From: an uncultured Campylobacterales bacterium
GTDB taxonomy: Bacteria > Campylobacterota > Campylobacteria > Campylobacterales > Sulfurimonadaceae
Length of the DNA stretch: 64,000 bases
Direction: 5' to 3'
Assembly: GCA_903892995.1 (NCBI GenBank)
Contig: CAITKP010000063.1
Span: 68,719 to 132,718, forward strand
The notes under the pieces: model-generated
Told to the model about the DNA's origin: nothing
The model's database searches: none
Seen by the model: the letters and a program-made list of their open reading frames with translations, nothing else
Part shown: piece by piece, positions 37,936-46,590 of the stretch
Numbering within the stretch: the first letter of the stretch is position 1
How the letters are laid out: the number at the start of each line of letters is the position of its first letter
Made by a program: the position numbers and the translations under genes

Positions 37936-40296
37936 GTGTTTAAATGGTTACTGCTCTTTTTTATACCCTTTTCTCTTAATGCCCTTGAAATAAATTTTCA
38001 AGCTGGCAAAGAGGATCATGAAAAATATACTGTCTTACATGTAAAGAGTTCATCCCCATTTATTTGTGAACCTCAAAAAGATGAATTTAATAATATTACA
38101 AAAGTTATATGTGCTTTTTCAAAGCGTCCAAATCAGCTTTTAAAACCACTGAATGATGATTTTTTTAATGTTGTTACCGAAATAAAAAAAGGGACATTTT
38201 TTTTAATAGTAACTCCAACGCATAAGATGAAACTATTTCCAGATATCTTCAATGTCCCAGAAGAAACTACTTTTTACAAATCAAAAGTTCGTCTTTCAAA
38301 ATCTTGGATGATGGTCGGGTATAAAACAACGCTCCCTCTTTTATCAGAAAAGAAAAAATCAGATAATAGTCTCAATCTGCCAATAACATTTGTTAAAAAC
38401 GAACCGCTCTATGTGGGAAGTTTGGATATTGCTGGTAATCCTGTCAATATTAAACAAGCACGAGATGTAAGTAGTTATATAAAAGTCAAAAAAAGTTTTA
38501 ACAATAAAGATTATACTGGTACGATTCAAGCCATAGATGATACTATAAAGTTGTTTCCAGACTCTATGTTTATGAGTGAACTTCTCTTTTATAAAATAAA
38601 AGCCCTCTCTCAACTTAAAAAATATGAAGAGTTAGTAGCCTTGTCAAAGAGTTATCTGCGTAAATATTCATCTGATGAAAATGTTGCTGAAGTACTCTCT
38701 TTAACAGCTATGGCATATAGTAAACTTGGTCAAAACAGCGACGCTGATTATTTTTATGATAGGCTTTTTACAGAACAAGGAGATTCTCTTTACTCTAAAA
38801 TAGGAATGATATATAAAGGGGATCAGCTTTTAGCAGCAGGAAACTCTAAAAGAGCGCTGGAGTTTTATCAAAAAGCTTTGGATGAAACGAGTGATGTTGA
38901 TACAGCTGCTACAGCAGCGTATCGTATTGCGAGTTATTATCTTGGTGGGCAATCTCCTAAAAAAGCTCAAAGTTATGTAGATAAAATAATTCAGGCAGAT
39001 CCTGCATATTTTCTAAAAGATATTGATGCTTCGCTAAAATTTGCAGATGATTTAGCAGGAAAAGGGATGTTTTTAGAAGCATCAAAAATTTCACAAATAG
39101 TATTGGAAACAATCAAAAAAGCCAATGAACATTATGAGAATGTTTTGAAAAACAGTGGATTATGGCTTGCAAAAACTTCAGAAAAAGCCGAGGCAATAAA
39201 ACTTCTCAATAGATATCTCAAAGAGTTCCCAAATGGAGAATTTGCTGATGAAGTAACAGCAGCAAAAGATGGGCTATATTTTGATGTTAATGATGGAAAT
39301 ATAAGCAAAAATCTTGTTACTTATGATAACTTGATTAAGAACTACAAAAATGACTCAATCGGGCAAAAAGCTCTCTATAAAAAAGCTCAGTTGTTATTGC
39401 AAACACAAAAATATGCTGAGTTATTGGGACTGAAAAAACCTTTGATTGAACTTGATAAAAAAACATATCCAAATGTTGGAGCGATGATAAATCAAGCAGC
39501 GAGCGCTTTGATTAAGATAAAACTCAACGAGAAAAAATGTAACGAAGTTGTAAATATCTCAGGCGAGTATAATATTAAACTTTCAAGCGAGTTTGATGAT
39601 CAGCTTTATGAATGTTATATGAAGATACCTCAATTGGTTATGGCAAAAAATATGGCAATCGCAAATCTAAAAACACCGACTCTTGCGCAACGAATAAAAT
39701 GGATGTACCGTTATACAAATGTAAGTTTCCAAACGGGTGATTATAAAAACAGTATCAAGATGGGTAATGATGTGATAACTTTGATTGGCAATGATAAAAA
39801 AAGTCCCTATTTAGATATTTATAGAACGATGTTTGATGCAAATCAGAGAATGGGCGATGATATAAAAATGATCGCTATGATGGCAAAAGTTGTTAATGTG
39901 TTTGGTGATAATTTTAAAGATATTGAGAGATATGTCCAGATGATGGCACTTGGAACTCGTATGAAAGATGATAATATCATTATAACTTACGGTGATAAAG
40001 TGATGGCACTTCAAAGAAAAACAGCTTCATATTCACAATCGCCGTATGCTGAGTTTACGACGTATCAATCCTATATGAACAAGGCAAATACCGCAAAAGC
40101 GATGGATATCTTATTTTCTCTTGATAAGCGAACATTGAGTAAAGAGCAACGTGCAAGACAAAAATATCTTCTTGGTGCATTACTGCAGAAAAAAGGAAGA
40201 AATGCAGATGCAAAAAGAGAGTTTCAAAAAGCCTTACAAGCACAAAAAGATTCACCGTGGGCGAAGCTTGCAAGTGATGCGATGAAGCTTTTATAA
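37936..40296 (+). CDS. pflA: TPR-repeat periplasmic protein, probable flagellar motor scaffold PflA (paralysed flagella protein A)
   Basis: 786 aa with a signal peptide (MFKWLLLFFIPFSLNALE) and multiple TPR-like helical repeats. Its position directly after nuoN and its size match C. jejuni pflA (Cj1565c, about 788 aa), as I remember it. Confidence 0.6.
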   Translation: MFKWLLLFFIPFSLNALEINFQAGKEDHEKYTVLHVKSSSPFICEPQKDEFNNITKVICAFSKRPNQLLKPLNDDFFNVVTEIKKGTFFLIVTPTHKMKLFPDIFNVPEETTFYKSKVRLSKSWMMVGYKTTLPLLSEKKKSDNSLNLPITFVKNEPLYVGSLDIAGNPVNIKQARDVSSYIKVKKSFNNKDYTGTIQAIDDTIKLFPDSMFMSELLFYKIKALSQLKKYEELVALSKSYLRKYSSDENVAEVLSLTAMAYSKLGQNSDADYFYDRLFTEQGDSLYSKIGMIYKGDQLLAAGNSKRALEFYQKALDETSDVDTAATAAYRIASYYLGGQSPKKAQSYVDKIIQADPAYFLKDIDASLKFADDLAGKGMFLEASKISQIVLETIKKANEHYENVLKNSGLWLAKTSEKAEAIKLLNRYLKEFPNGEFADEVTAAKDGLYFDVNDGNISKNLVTYDNLIKNYKNDSIGQKALYKKAQLLLQTQKYAELLGLKKPLIELDKKTYPNVGAMINQAASALIKIKLNEKKCNEVVNISGEYNIKLSSEFDDQLYECYMKIPQLVMAKNMAIANLKTPTLAQRIKWMYRYTNVSFQTGDYKNSIKMGNDVITLIGNDKKSPYLDIYRTMFDANQRMGDDIKMIAMMAKVVNVFGDNFKDIERYVQMMALGTRMKDDNIIITYGDKVMALQRKTASYSQSPYAEFTTYQSYMNKANTAKAMDILFSLDKRTLSKEQRARQKYLLGALLQKKGRNADAKREFQKALQAQKDSPWAKLASDAMKLL

Positions 40297-40308
40297 GAGA
40301 AAATAGCT

Positions 40309-41199
40309 TTAAAATATAGAGTGAATGCTTCTTTGGAGCTCAGCTAGTGGAGCAGATACCGTTTCTTGAAACTGGGTGCGGTTAAATGTTTGCTGGCGCT
40401 TTGCTAGCTGGGCTGTATGCATGGAGATATTTTCAAGCATCTTTTCTTTGCTGGCATAACCATCAAGATATTCTAAGACTTCTAAAATCCCAATTGATTT
40501 CATACTGTTTGGTTCTCGGGTATATTTTTGCTCCAACATTGCAACTTCGTCGATAATCCCCATTGAGAGCATCTTTTTTGTTCGAAGAGTGATACGCTCA
40601 CGTAAAACCTCTCTTTGGACATCAATATAGTAGATTGGAAGATTTTGTATGATTGGTTTTGGAGGATTTAGAGTAAACCACTGGGATGGTGTAAGCCCTG
40701 AAGCTTTGTAGATAAGAAGCATCTTCTCTATTCTGTAGCGGTCATTAGAATCAATATTTTTCATATATTGAGGATCAAGATCGTTTAAAAGAGTGTAGCA
40801 ATCGCTTACATGTAAGAGCATTGCATCAACCTCTTTTTTTACAAGCTCATCTATTGTAGGTATCTGAGAAAGCCCTTGCATTAAAGATTTGAGATAAAAA
40901 GTAGAACCACCAACGATGATGAGATTTTTATCATTTTTAAGAGCTTCTTGATAAGCGTTTTTATAGATATCGATAAAAATCTCTACGCTGAAACTCTCAT
41001 TGACAGCGATCTCGTTGATACCAAAATGCTTTACATGTAAGAGTTCTTCATTTGAGGGTTTTGCAGAAGCAATATCGATCTCTTTGTAGATACTCAAAGA
41101 GTCAATAGAGAGAATAAATGCGTTGTGTTTATGTGCGATTTCAAGGGAAAGATCACTTTTTCCTGATGCTGTCGGACCAATAATAGCTAGCTGTTTCAT
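40309..41199 (-). CDS. miaA: tRNA dimethylallyltransferase
   Basis: MKQLAIIGPTASGKSDLS P-loop, 296 aa, IPPT family pattern (GGSTFYLKSL). Confidence 0.9.
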   Translation of the reverse strand: MKQLAIIGPTASGKSDLSLEIAHKHNAFILSIDSLSIYKEIDIASAKPSNEELLHVKHFGINEIAVNESFSVEIFIDIYKNAYQEALKNDKNLIIVGGSTFYLKSLMQGLSQIPTIDELVKKEVDAMLLHVSDCYTLLNDLDPQYMKNIDSNDRYRIEKMLLIYKASGLTPSQWFTLNPPKPIIQNLPIYYIDVQREVLRERITLRTKKMLSMGIIDEVAMLEQKYTREPNSMKSIGILEVLEYLDGYASKEKMLENISMHTAQLAKRQQTFNRTQFQETVSAPLAELQRSIHSIF

Positions 41200-41260
41200 G
41201 GCAAAATTATATCATTAAAAGGTTATTTTGATAAAATAATAGAAATATAATTTTATTGGA

Positions 41261-42127
41261 TTGTTATTGCGAAAATATATACAAAAGTTAAAAGATTTTA
41301 ATGAACTCGTCATGTTTCAACACTCGATTTTTTCATTTCCGTTTATATTTATCTCCATGGTCGTTGCTGCGAATGGATGGTTTGGTTTCAAACTTCTTGT
41401 GCTTGGTGGTTTAGCGGCTGTGAGTGCTAGAAATTTTGCCATGGGACTTAACCGCTGGGCTGATAGAGAGTTTGACGCAAAAAATCCTCGTACTGCTTCA
41501 CGTCCTAGTGTCGATGGAAGACTCGATGCAAGCTCAATTTTTATCTTCACTTTTGTCAATGCTTTGGCATTTGTAGGTGTTGCATATATTATCAATATGC
41601 TTGCTTTTACGCTCTCATTTCCTATCTTGCTTATTCTTGGAAGCTACTCATATTTTAAAAGATTTAATGAGGGCGCGCATCTTGTTCTTGGAATCTCTTT
41701 GGGTCTTGCACCGCTTGCTGGAGTAGTTGCAGTTGAAAATACTATTACTGCATGGTCTGTTTTGCTGAGCCTTGGTGTTATGTTTTGGGTTGCAGGATTT
41801 GATCTTTTGTACTCTTTGCAAGATATAGAGTTTGATAAAAAACAGGGACTTTTTTCGATTCCTGCAAAATATGGTGCAGAGGCGACGCTTAAGATCTCCG
41901 TCTTTTTTCATCTTCTCACTATTTTATTTTGGGCTTTGTTTGTAGCAGTTGCTGGACTTGGCATTTTTGCACAACTGGCTGTAGTATTTAGTTTTTTAAT
42001 GCTCTCTTATGAACATTATCTCGTAAGAAAAGATTTTACAAAGATCGATAGAGCTTTTTTTACAGTTAATGGCTATTTGGGAATTGTATTTTTTCTATTT
42101 ATTGTTTTAGATAAGGTGTTTGCATGA
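41261..42127 (+). CDS. UbiA-family aromatic prenyltransferase (probable menaquinone/futalosine-pathway prenyltransferase)
   Basis: SARNFAMGLNRWADREFD (NxxxDxxxD-type motif), a second Asp-rich motif YSLQDIEFDKKQG, and about 8 TM helices. The start is TTG 41261. Confidence 0.8.
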   Translation: MLLRKYIQKLKDFNELVMFQHSIFSFPFIFISMVVAANGWFGFKLLVLGGLAAVSARNFAMGLNRWADREFDAKNPRTASRPSVDGRLDASSIFIFTFVNALAFVGVAYIINMLAFTLSFPILLILGSYSYFKRFNEGAHLVLGISLGLAPLAGVVAVENTITAWSVLLSLGVMFWVAGFDLLYSLQDIEFDKKQGLFSIPAKYGAEATLKISVFFHLLTILFWALFVAVAGLGIFAQLAVVFSFLMLSYEHYLVRKDFTKIDRAFFTVNGYLGIVFFLFIVLDKVFA

Positions 42128-42645
42128 GTGTCCGTTTAGTACCAGCTCCAATCTCGATAAGCTATGCTCCTGTGAGTGAAAATGCAGAGCAGTTTTTACG
42201 TGAGTATCATAAATTAAGTCAAATTGATGATGATCCAATAGCCCAATGGTTAAAAACTTCAAAAGCTAAAGGACACACGGCAGAGAGTGATCCTGTGATA
42301 CTCAACCTTCTCATAGAGCTCTATAGAAAAGTTGATAGTTTGGAAAAATTCTTAAAAAATGATGAGCCAATACGTATTCATTTAAGTAGTAGCAATGATA
42401 TAGAGAGTATAGGTTTTTCACATTTTCAACTTACTCAAAATGCTTTACATGTAGGCGATGAATACTATGGTCGAGTTGAGATGCCTGTATATCCAAAAAG
42501 AGATATTGCACTCTTTTTCAAGGCAATCGACACAAACCTAGCAGAGATTACCAAAATGCATTTAGAGGATGAAAAAGCGTGGAATATCTATCTAACAGCA
42601 AGAGAACGTATCATGATTCGAGAGATGAAAGAGAGTAAAAATTGA
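42124..42645 (+). CDS. Hypothetical protein (possible PilZ-like C-terminal barrel; weak)
   Basis: 173 aa with an ATGA overlap with the UbiA gene. No confident motif. The PilZ suggestion is only a resemblance of the C-terminal beta-rich half. Confidence 0.35.
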   Translation: MSVRLVPAPISISYAPVSENAEQFLREYHKLSQIDDDPIAQWLKTSKAKGHTAESDPVILNLLIELYRKVDSLEKFLKNDEPIRIHLSSSNDIESIGFSHFQLTQNALHVGDEYYGRVEMPVYPKRDIALFFKAIDTNLAEITKMHLEDEKAWNIYLTARERIMIREMKESKN

Positions 42646-43154
42646 CAGCCTCAGAGATGATTTTTATAGCTATCGGGGCTATTTTACTCTTTATGCTTTA
42701 CTATATCTTAACAAAAGATGCGGAGCATTCAAGACATATCCGCGCGATTGCTAGTGCTGTTGAAGATGCCAATCGCCAGATTTATATGCTAGAGAAAAAG
42801 ATTTTTGAGATGCAAAAAATGCCCCATGTTCAAGGTGGCGAACGAGGTTTGCGGGATGATGAGATCTATGCAGAGATCGAGAGAAGCGTGTATGATCTCA
42901 CAAATCCGCTTGCACAAAAACTCAATATGACAGAGGAGAACCTCTCTGATCTCGCAGTTGCAATGGATAATAGGCTTTCACACATTGAGGGAGGGATTCG
43001 CCAGATCTCTATGCCCTCATCAGTTCATGGCAACGATGATAGCAAGATCACTTCGCTTTTTAAGCAAGGGATTATGATCGACACCATTGCAAAAGAGCTT
43101 CACCTCTCAAAAGCAGAGGTTGAATTTGTGCTAAAAATAAACCAACTAAGATAG
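42642..43154 (+). CDS. Hypothetical membrane-anchored coiled-coil protein with C-terminal HTH-like segment
   Basis: 170 aa with an N-terminal TM helix (MIFIAIGAILLFMLYYIL) and a coiled-coil middle. The C-terminus ITSLFKQGIMIDTIAKELHLSKAEVEFVLKI looks like a sigma-region-4/DUF2802-type helix-turn-helix. There is a TTGA overlap upstream. Confidence 0.4.
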   Translation: MTASEMIFIAIGAILLFMLYYILTKDAEHSRHIRAIASAVEDANRQIYMLEKKIFEMQKMPHVQGGERGLRDDEIYAEIERSVYDLTNPLAQKLNMTEENLSDLAVAMDNRLSHIEGGIRQISMPSSVHGNDDSKITSLFKQGIMIDTIAKELHLSKAEVEFVLKINQLR

Positions 43155-43160
43155 AGTTCC

Positions 43161-44342
43161 ATGGCAGATAGAAGACTTTTTGTTTTAACTTCATTAATGA
43201 TTTGTATAGGCATACTTATGTCCTATTCACTGACACAATATACAGTAATTCTTTTCAATACTGGAGAGTTTCATTTTGTAATCAGACAAGCTGCATTTGG
43301 AATATTTTCCATTCTTATCATGTGGTATTTAGCACAACTCAATCCAGATATTTGGCTCCATAGAATAGGTCTTAGCCTTTTTATTATCTCCATGTTTTTG
43401 ATGATTGTTATGCCTTTTTTACCTGCATCTTTAGTTTCAGAAGTTGGTGGTGCAAAAAGATGGATAAAGCTTGGCGGATTTTCACTTGCACCAGTAGAGT
43501 TTTTTAAAATAGGATTTATCTACTTCTTAGCATGGAGTTTCGCTAGAAAACTTGGTCATCATGGCGGTATGGGTTTAAGACAGGAGTTTTTACGCTTTTT
43601 TCCATACGCGGTTGTATTTATCGCCGTTATGTTTATAATCGCTTTTTTACAAAACGATCTCGGTCAAGTTGTCGTTCTTGGACTGACACTACTTTTTATG
43701 CTGATTTTTGCTGGAAGCAGTATGAAGTTCTTTACAACTTTGATGCTTGGAGCGTTTGGCTTTTTTGCTTTTTTTATTTTGACTGCTGAACACCGTATCT
43801 TACGTATTAAATCTTGGTGGTCAATCGCGCAAAACTCTATTTTACAGCTTTTTCCAGAATCAGTCGCTTCCCAGCTTAGAGTTCCCTCATCTACAGAACC
43901 CTATCAGATAGGACACTCACTCAATGCAATCCATAATGGAGGGCTCACGGGCACATGGCTTGGTGGCGGGACTTTTAAGCTTGGATTTTTAAGTGAGGTA
44001 CACACCGACTTTGTTTTAGCTGGAATTGCAGAGGAGCTTGGATTTGTGGGTGTAGCGATGGTGACTTTGCTATTTTTGTGGATTTTGCAACGTATTTTTA
44101 AGATTGCAAACCGTTCACGAGATTCTGTGCACTATCTTTTTAGTCTTGGTGTCGGGCTTCTTTTGGCATTTGCATTTTTGATAAATGCTTATGGGATTAG
44201 TGGACTTACGCCGATTAAAGGTATCTCCGTTCCATTTTTGAGCTATGGTGGTTCTGCAATTATTGCCGCAGCTGTTGGAGTTGGTATGGTACTCATGGCT
44301 TCAAAAAGAGTAGATTTAGATGAAAAAAGGTCGTTAGAATGA
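43161..44342 (+). CDS. ftsW: SEDS-family peptidoglycan glycosyltransferase FtsW (FtsW/RodA/SpoVE family)
   Basis: 393 aa, about 10 TM helices, TDFVLAGIAEELGF and PFLSYGGSA motifs. It is directly upstream of, and overlaps, murG. Confidence 0.8.
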   Translation: MADRRLFVLTSLMICIGILMSYSLTQYTVILFNTGEFHFVIRQAAFGIFSILIMWYLAQLNPDIWLHRIGLSLFIISMFLMIVMPFLPASLVSEVGGAKRWIKLGGFSLAPVEFFKIGFIYFLAWSFARKLGHHGGMGLRQEFLRFFPYAVVFIAVMFIIAFLQNDLGQVVVLGLTLLFMLIFAGSSMKFFTTLMLGAFGFFAFFILTAEHRILRIKSWWSIAQNSILQLFPESVASQLRVPSSTEPYQIGHSLNAIHNGGLTGTWLGGGTFKLGFLSEVHTDFVLAGIAEELGFVGVAMVTLLFLWILQRIFKIANRSRDSVHYLFSLGVGLLLAFAFLINAYGISGLTPIKGISVPFLSYGGSAIIAAAVGVGMVLMASKRVDLDEKRSLE

Positions 44343-45373
44343 AATTTTGTATCACCGGAGGTGGCACAGGCGGGCATCTCTCTATTGCAGATGCACTCTG
44401 TAAAGCAGCAGTGAAACGTGGACATGAAGTTATCTTTATAGGTTCTATGAGTGGTCAAGATAGAATGTGGTTTGCGGATAATAGTAGTTTTACACAAAGC
44501 TACTTTTTAGAAACAACGGGCGTAGTGAACCAGAGGGGTTTGGGAAAATTAAAGGCACTCTATAAAATATATAAAGCGTTTAAAAGATCTATCGCTTTGC
44601 TTTATAAGCATGAAGTAGAGGCCGTTATCAGTGTTGGTGGATTCTCCGCAGCTCCTGCTTCATTTGCTGCAATTTTTGCTAAAAAACCTCTTTTTATCCA
44701 TGAGCAAAACGCTGTTATGGGGAAGCTAAACTCGATTCTCCGTCCTCGCGCAAAGCTCTTTATCTCTGCGTATGAAAAAGATGCGCCGCTCCAAGGTTAT
44801 CCTGTCAAAGAGGAGTTTTTTAAAGCTGCTCATGTACGAAAAAAGCTTGAAACGATTATCTTTTTGGGTGGTTCTCAAGGTGCAAAAGCGATTAATGATT
44901 TAGCCTTACATGTAAGCCCATTTTTACAAGAAAAAAATATCAAGATTATTCATCAATGTGGTGAACGTGATTATGAAAGAGTCAAAGCAGAATATGATAG
45001 ATTAGGCATTGAAGTAGAGCTTTACTCTTTTACAAAAGAGATCCCCTCACTCATAGCAAGAGCTGATCTGGCTGTGAGTCGTGCGGGTGCGAGTACGCTT
45101 TGGGAACTTTGTGCTTCTGGCGTGCCGACTTTTTTTGTGCCATATCCATATGCAGCAGGCGATCATCAGTTTTTTAATGCTCAGTTTATTGTTGATGAGG
45201 AGATGGGTTGGTGTCATAGAGAGGGCGATGGTCTTGATGAAAAATTGCTTGCGATTTTAGATGAAACCTTATACTCACAGGACACTTTACATGTAAGAAG
45301 CAAAAAACTTTTAGATCACTCGCATAAAGATGTCGCTTTGGAGATGATAAAGCTTTTTGAGCAAAATAGTTAA
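44339..45373 (+). CDS. murG: UDP-N-acetylglucosamine--N-acetylmuramyl-(pentapeptide) pyrophosphoryl-undecaprenol GlcNAc transferase
   Basis: GGGTGGHL N-terminal motif, GGSQGA, SRAGASTLWEL, and 344 aa. Confidence 0.9.
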   Translation: MKFCITGGGTGGHLSIADALCKAAVKRGHEVIFIGSMSGQDRMWFADNSSFTQSYFLETTGVVNQRGLGKLKALYKIYKAFKRSIALLYKHEVEAVISVGGFSAAPASFAAIFAKKPLFIHEQNAVMGKLNSILRPRAKLFISAYEKDAPLQGYPVKEEFFKAAHVRKKLETIIFLGGSQGAKAINDLALHVSPFLQEKNIKIIHQCGERDYERVKAEYDRLGIEVELYSFTKEIPSLIARADLAVSRAGASTLWELCASGVPTFFVPYPYAAGDHQFFNAQFIVDEEMGWCHREGDGLDEKLLAILDETLYSQDTLHVRSKKLLDHSHKDVALEMIKLFEQNS

Positions 45374-45381
45374 AGGAAGTT

Positions 45382-45990
45382 TTGATGTTAGAAACATTTA
45401 TCCATTGGTTACTCGGCACAATTTTTGATTGGGGATATATTGGGATATTTTTACTTATGGCAGTGGAAAGCTCTTTTGTTCCCGTTCCAAGTGAGTTGAT
45501 TTTGATCCCTGCGGGTGTGCTTGTTGCAGATGGAAAGATGAACCTTGAACTTGTTTTTATCGCAGGACTACTCGGCTCATTATTTGGTGCTTTTGTGAAC
45601 TATTATCTAGCGATGTTGGTGGGTAGAAACTTCTTGGAACGCTATGGAAAATATTTTTTCATCAGTCAGTTAAGCCTTGATAAAATGGATAATTTTTTCG
45701 ATAATCATGGACATATCTCAACATTTACGGGCAGACTTATTCCAGGACTGAGACATCTTATCTCTATTCCTGCAGGGCTTACAAAGATGAATTTGAAGAT
45801 TTTTCTCATCTATACAGGCGCGGGCGCGGCAGTTTGGAGTGTTATCCTTTTAGCTCTTGGGTATTTTCTTGGAGCGAATCAAGCCTTGATTACTACATAT
45901 TTGCATCAGATTATTATCGCTTTGATACTCTCTCTTGGGATGCTTATTGTCGGGTATGTGTGGGTTAAAAAAAGAGCTATAAAAAATTGA
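45382..45990 (+). CDS. DedA/SNARE-associated family membrane protein
   Basis: 202 aa with GYIGIFLLMAVESSFVPVPSE, GRLIPGLRHLISIPAG, typical of DedA. Confidence 0.85.
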   Translation: MMLETFIHWLLGTIFDWGYIGIFLLMAVESSFVPVPSELILIPAGVLVADGKMNLELVFIAGLLGSLFGAFVNYYLAMLVGRNFLERYGKYFFISQLSLDKMDNFFDNHGHISTFTGRLIPGLRHLISIPAGLTKMNLKIFLIYTGAGAAVWSVILLALGYFLGANQALITTYLHQIIIALILSLGMLIVGYVWVKKRAIKN

Positions 45991-46006
45991 AATTAAAGGA
46001 GAGAAG

Positions 46007-46510
46007 ATGTTGGAAGTTGGAACTTTAGCATCTGAATTTTGTCTGCCAAATCAAGATGATGTGGAGATATGTTTAAGAGATTTAAGAGGAAAATGGATCG
46101 TTTTATATTTTTATCCAAAAGACTCAACTCCAGGATGCACGACTGAAGCTTGTGATTTTACCGATGCTATTGTGGATTTTGCACAGCTTGATGCGATCAT
46201 TTTAGGTGTGAGCGCGGATTCAACGGCGAGCCATCAAAAGTTTATCGCAAAATATGATTTGGATATTACACTTTTGAGCGACGCAGATACAAAAATGATG
46301 CAAACTTATGGTGTTTGGCAGATGAAGAAAAACTATGGCAAAGAGTATATGGGGATAGTGCGTTCAACCTATATTATCTCACCTGATACAAAAATTGCCG
46401 CTGCATGGAGCAATGTAAAAGTAAGAGTTAAGCGTAAAAAAGATGGCGAGACGGTAGAAGCTTTACATGTAGATGAAGTCAAAGCGAAACTCCAAGAGTT
46501 GAGAGCTTAA
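46007..46510 (+). CDS. bcp: Thioredoxin-dependent peroxiredoxin Bcp
   Basis: VLYFYPKDSTPGCTTEAC carries the PxxxTxxC peroxidatic Cys motif with the resolving Cys five residues on. Confidence 0.9.
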   Translation: MLEVGTLASEFCLPNQDDVEICLRDLRGKWIVLYFYPKDSTPGCTTEACDFTDAIVDFAQLDAIILGVSADSTASHQKFIAKYDLDITLLSDADTKMMQTYGVWQMKKNYGKEYMGIVRSTYIISPDTKIAAAWSNVKVRVKRKKDGETVEALHVDEVKAKLQELRA

Positions 46511-46546
46511 TTTTTTAGATTAAAGAGTCTTGCACCCTAAAGGGTA

Positions 46547-46590
46547 CTTCGCATGTAAGCGATGAAAGCCTACATGCGAAGATGTTTTTA
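46547..46590. terminator. Bidirectional hairpin terminator between convergent bcp and the outer-membrane protein gene, built from two diverged palindrome copies
   Basis: CTTCGCATGTAAGC-gatgaaa-GCCTACATGCGAAG has 13 of 14 positions complementary and is followed by atgttttt. Confidence 0.7.
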
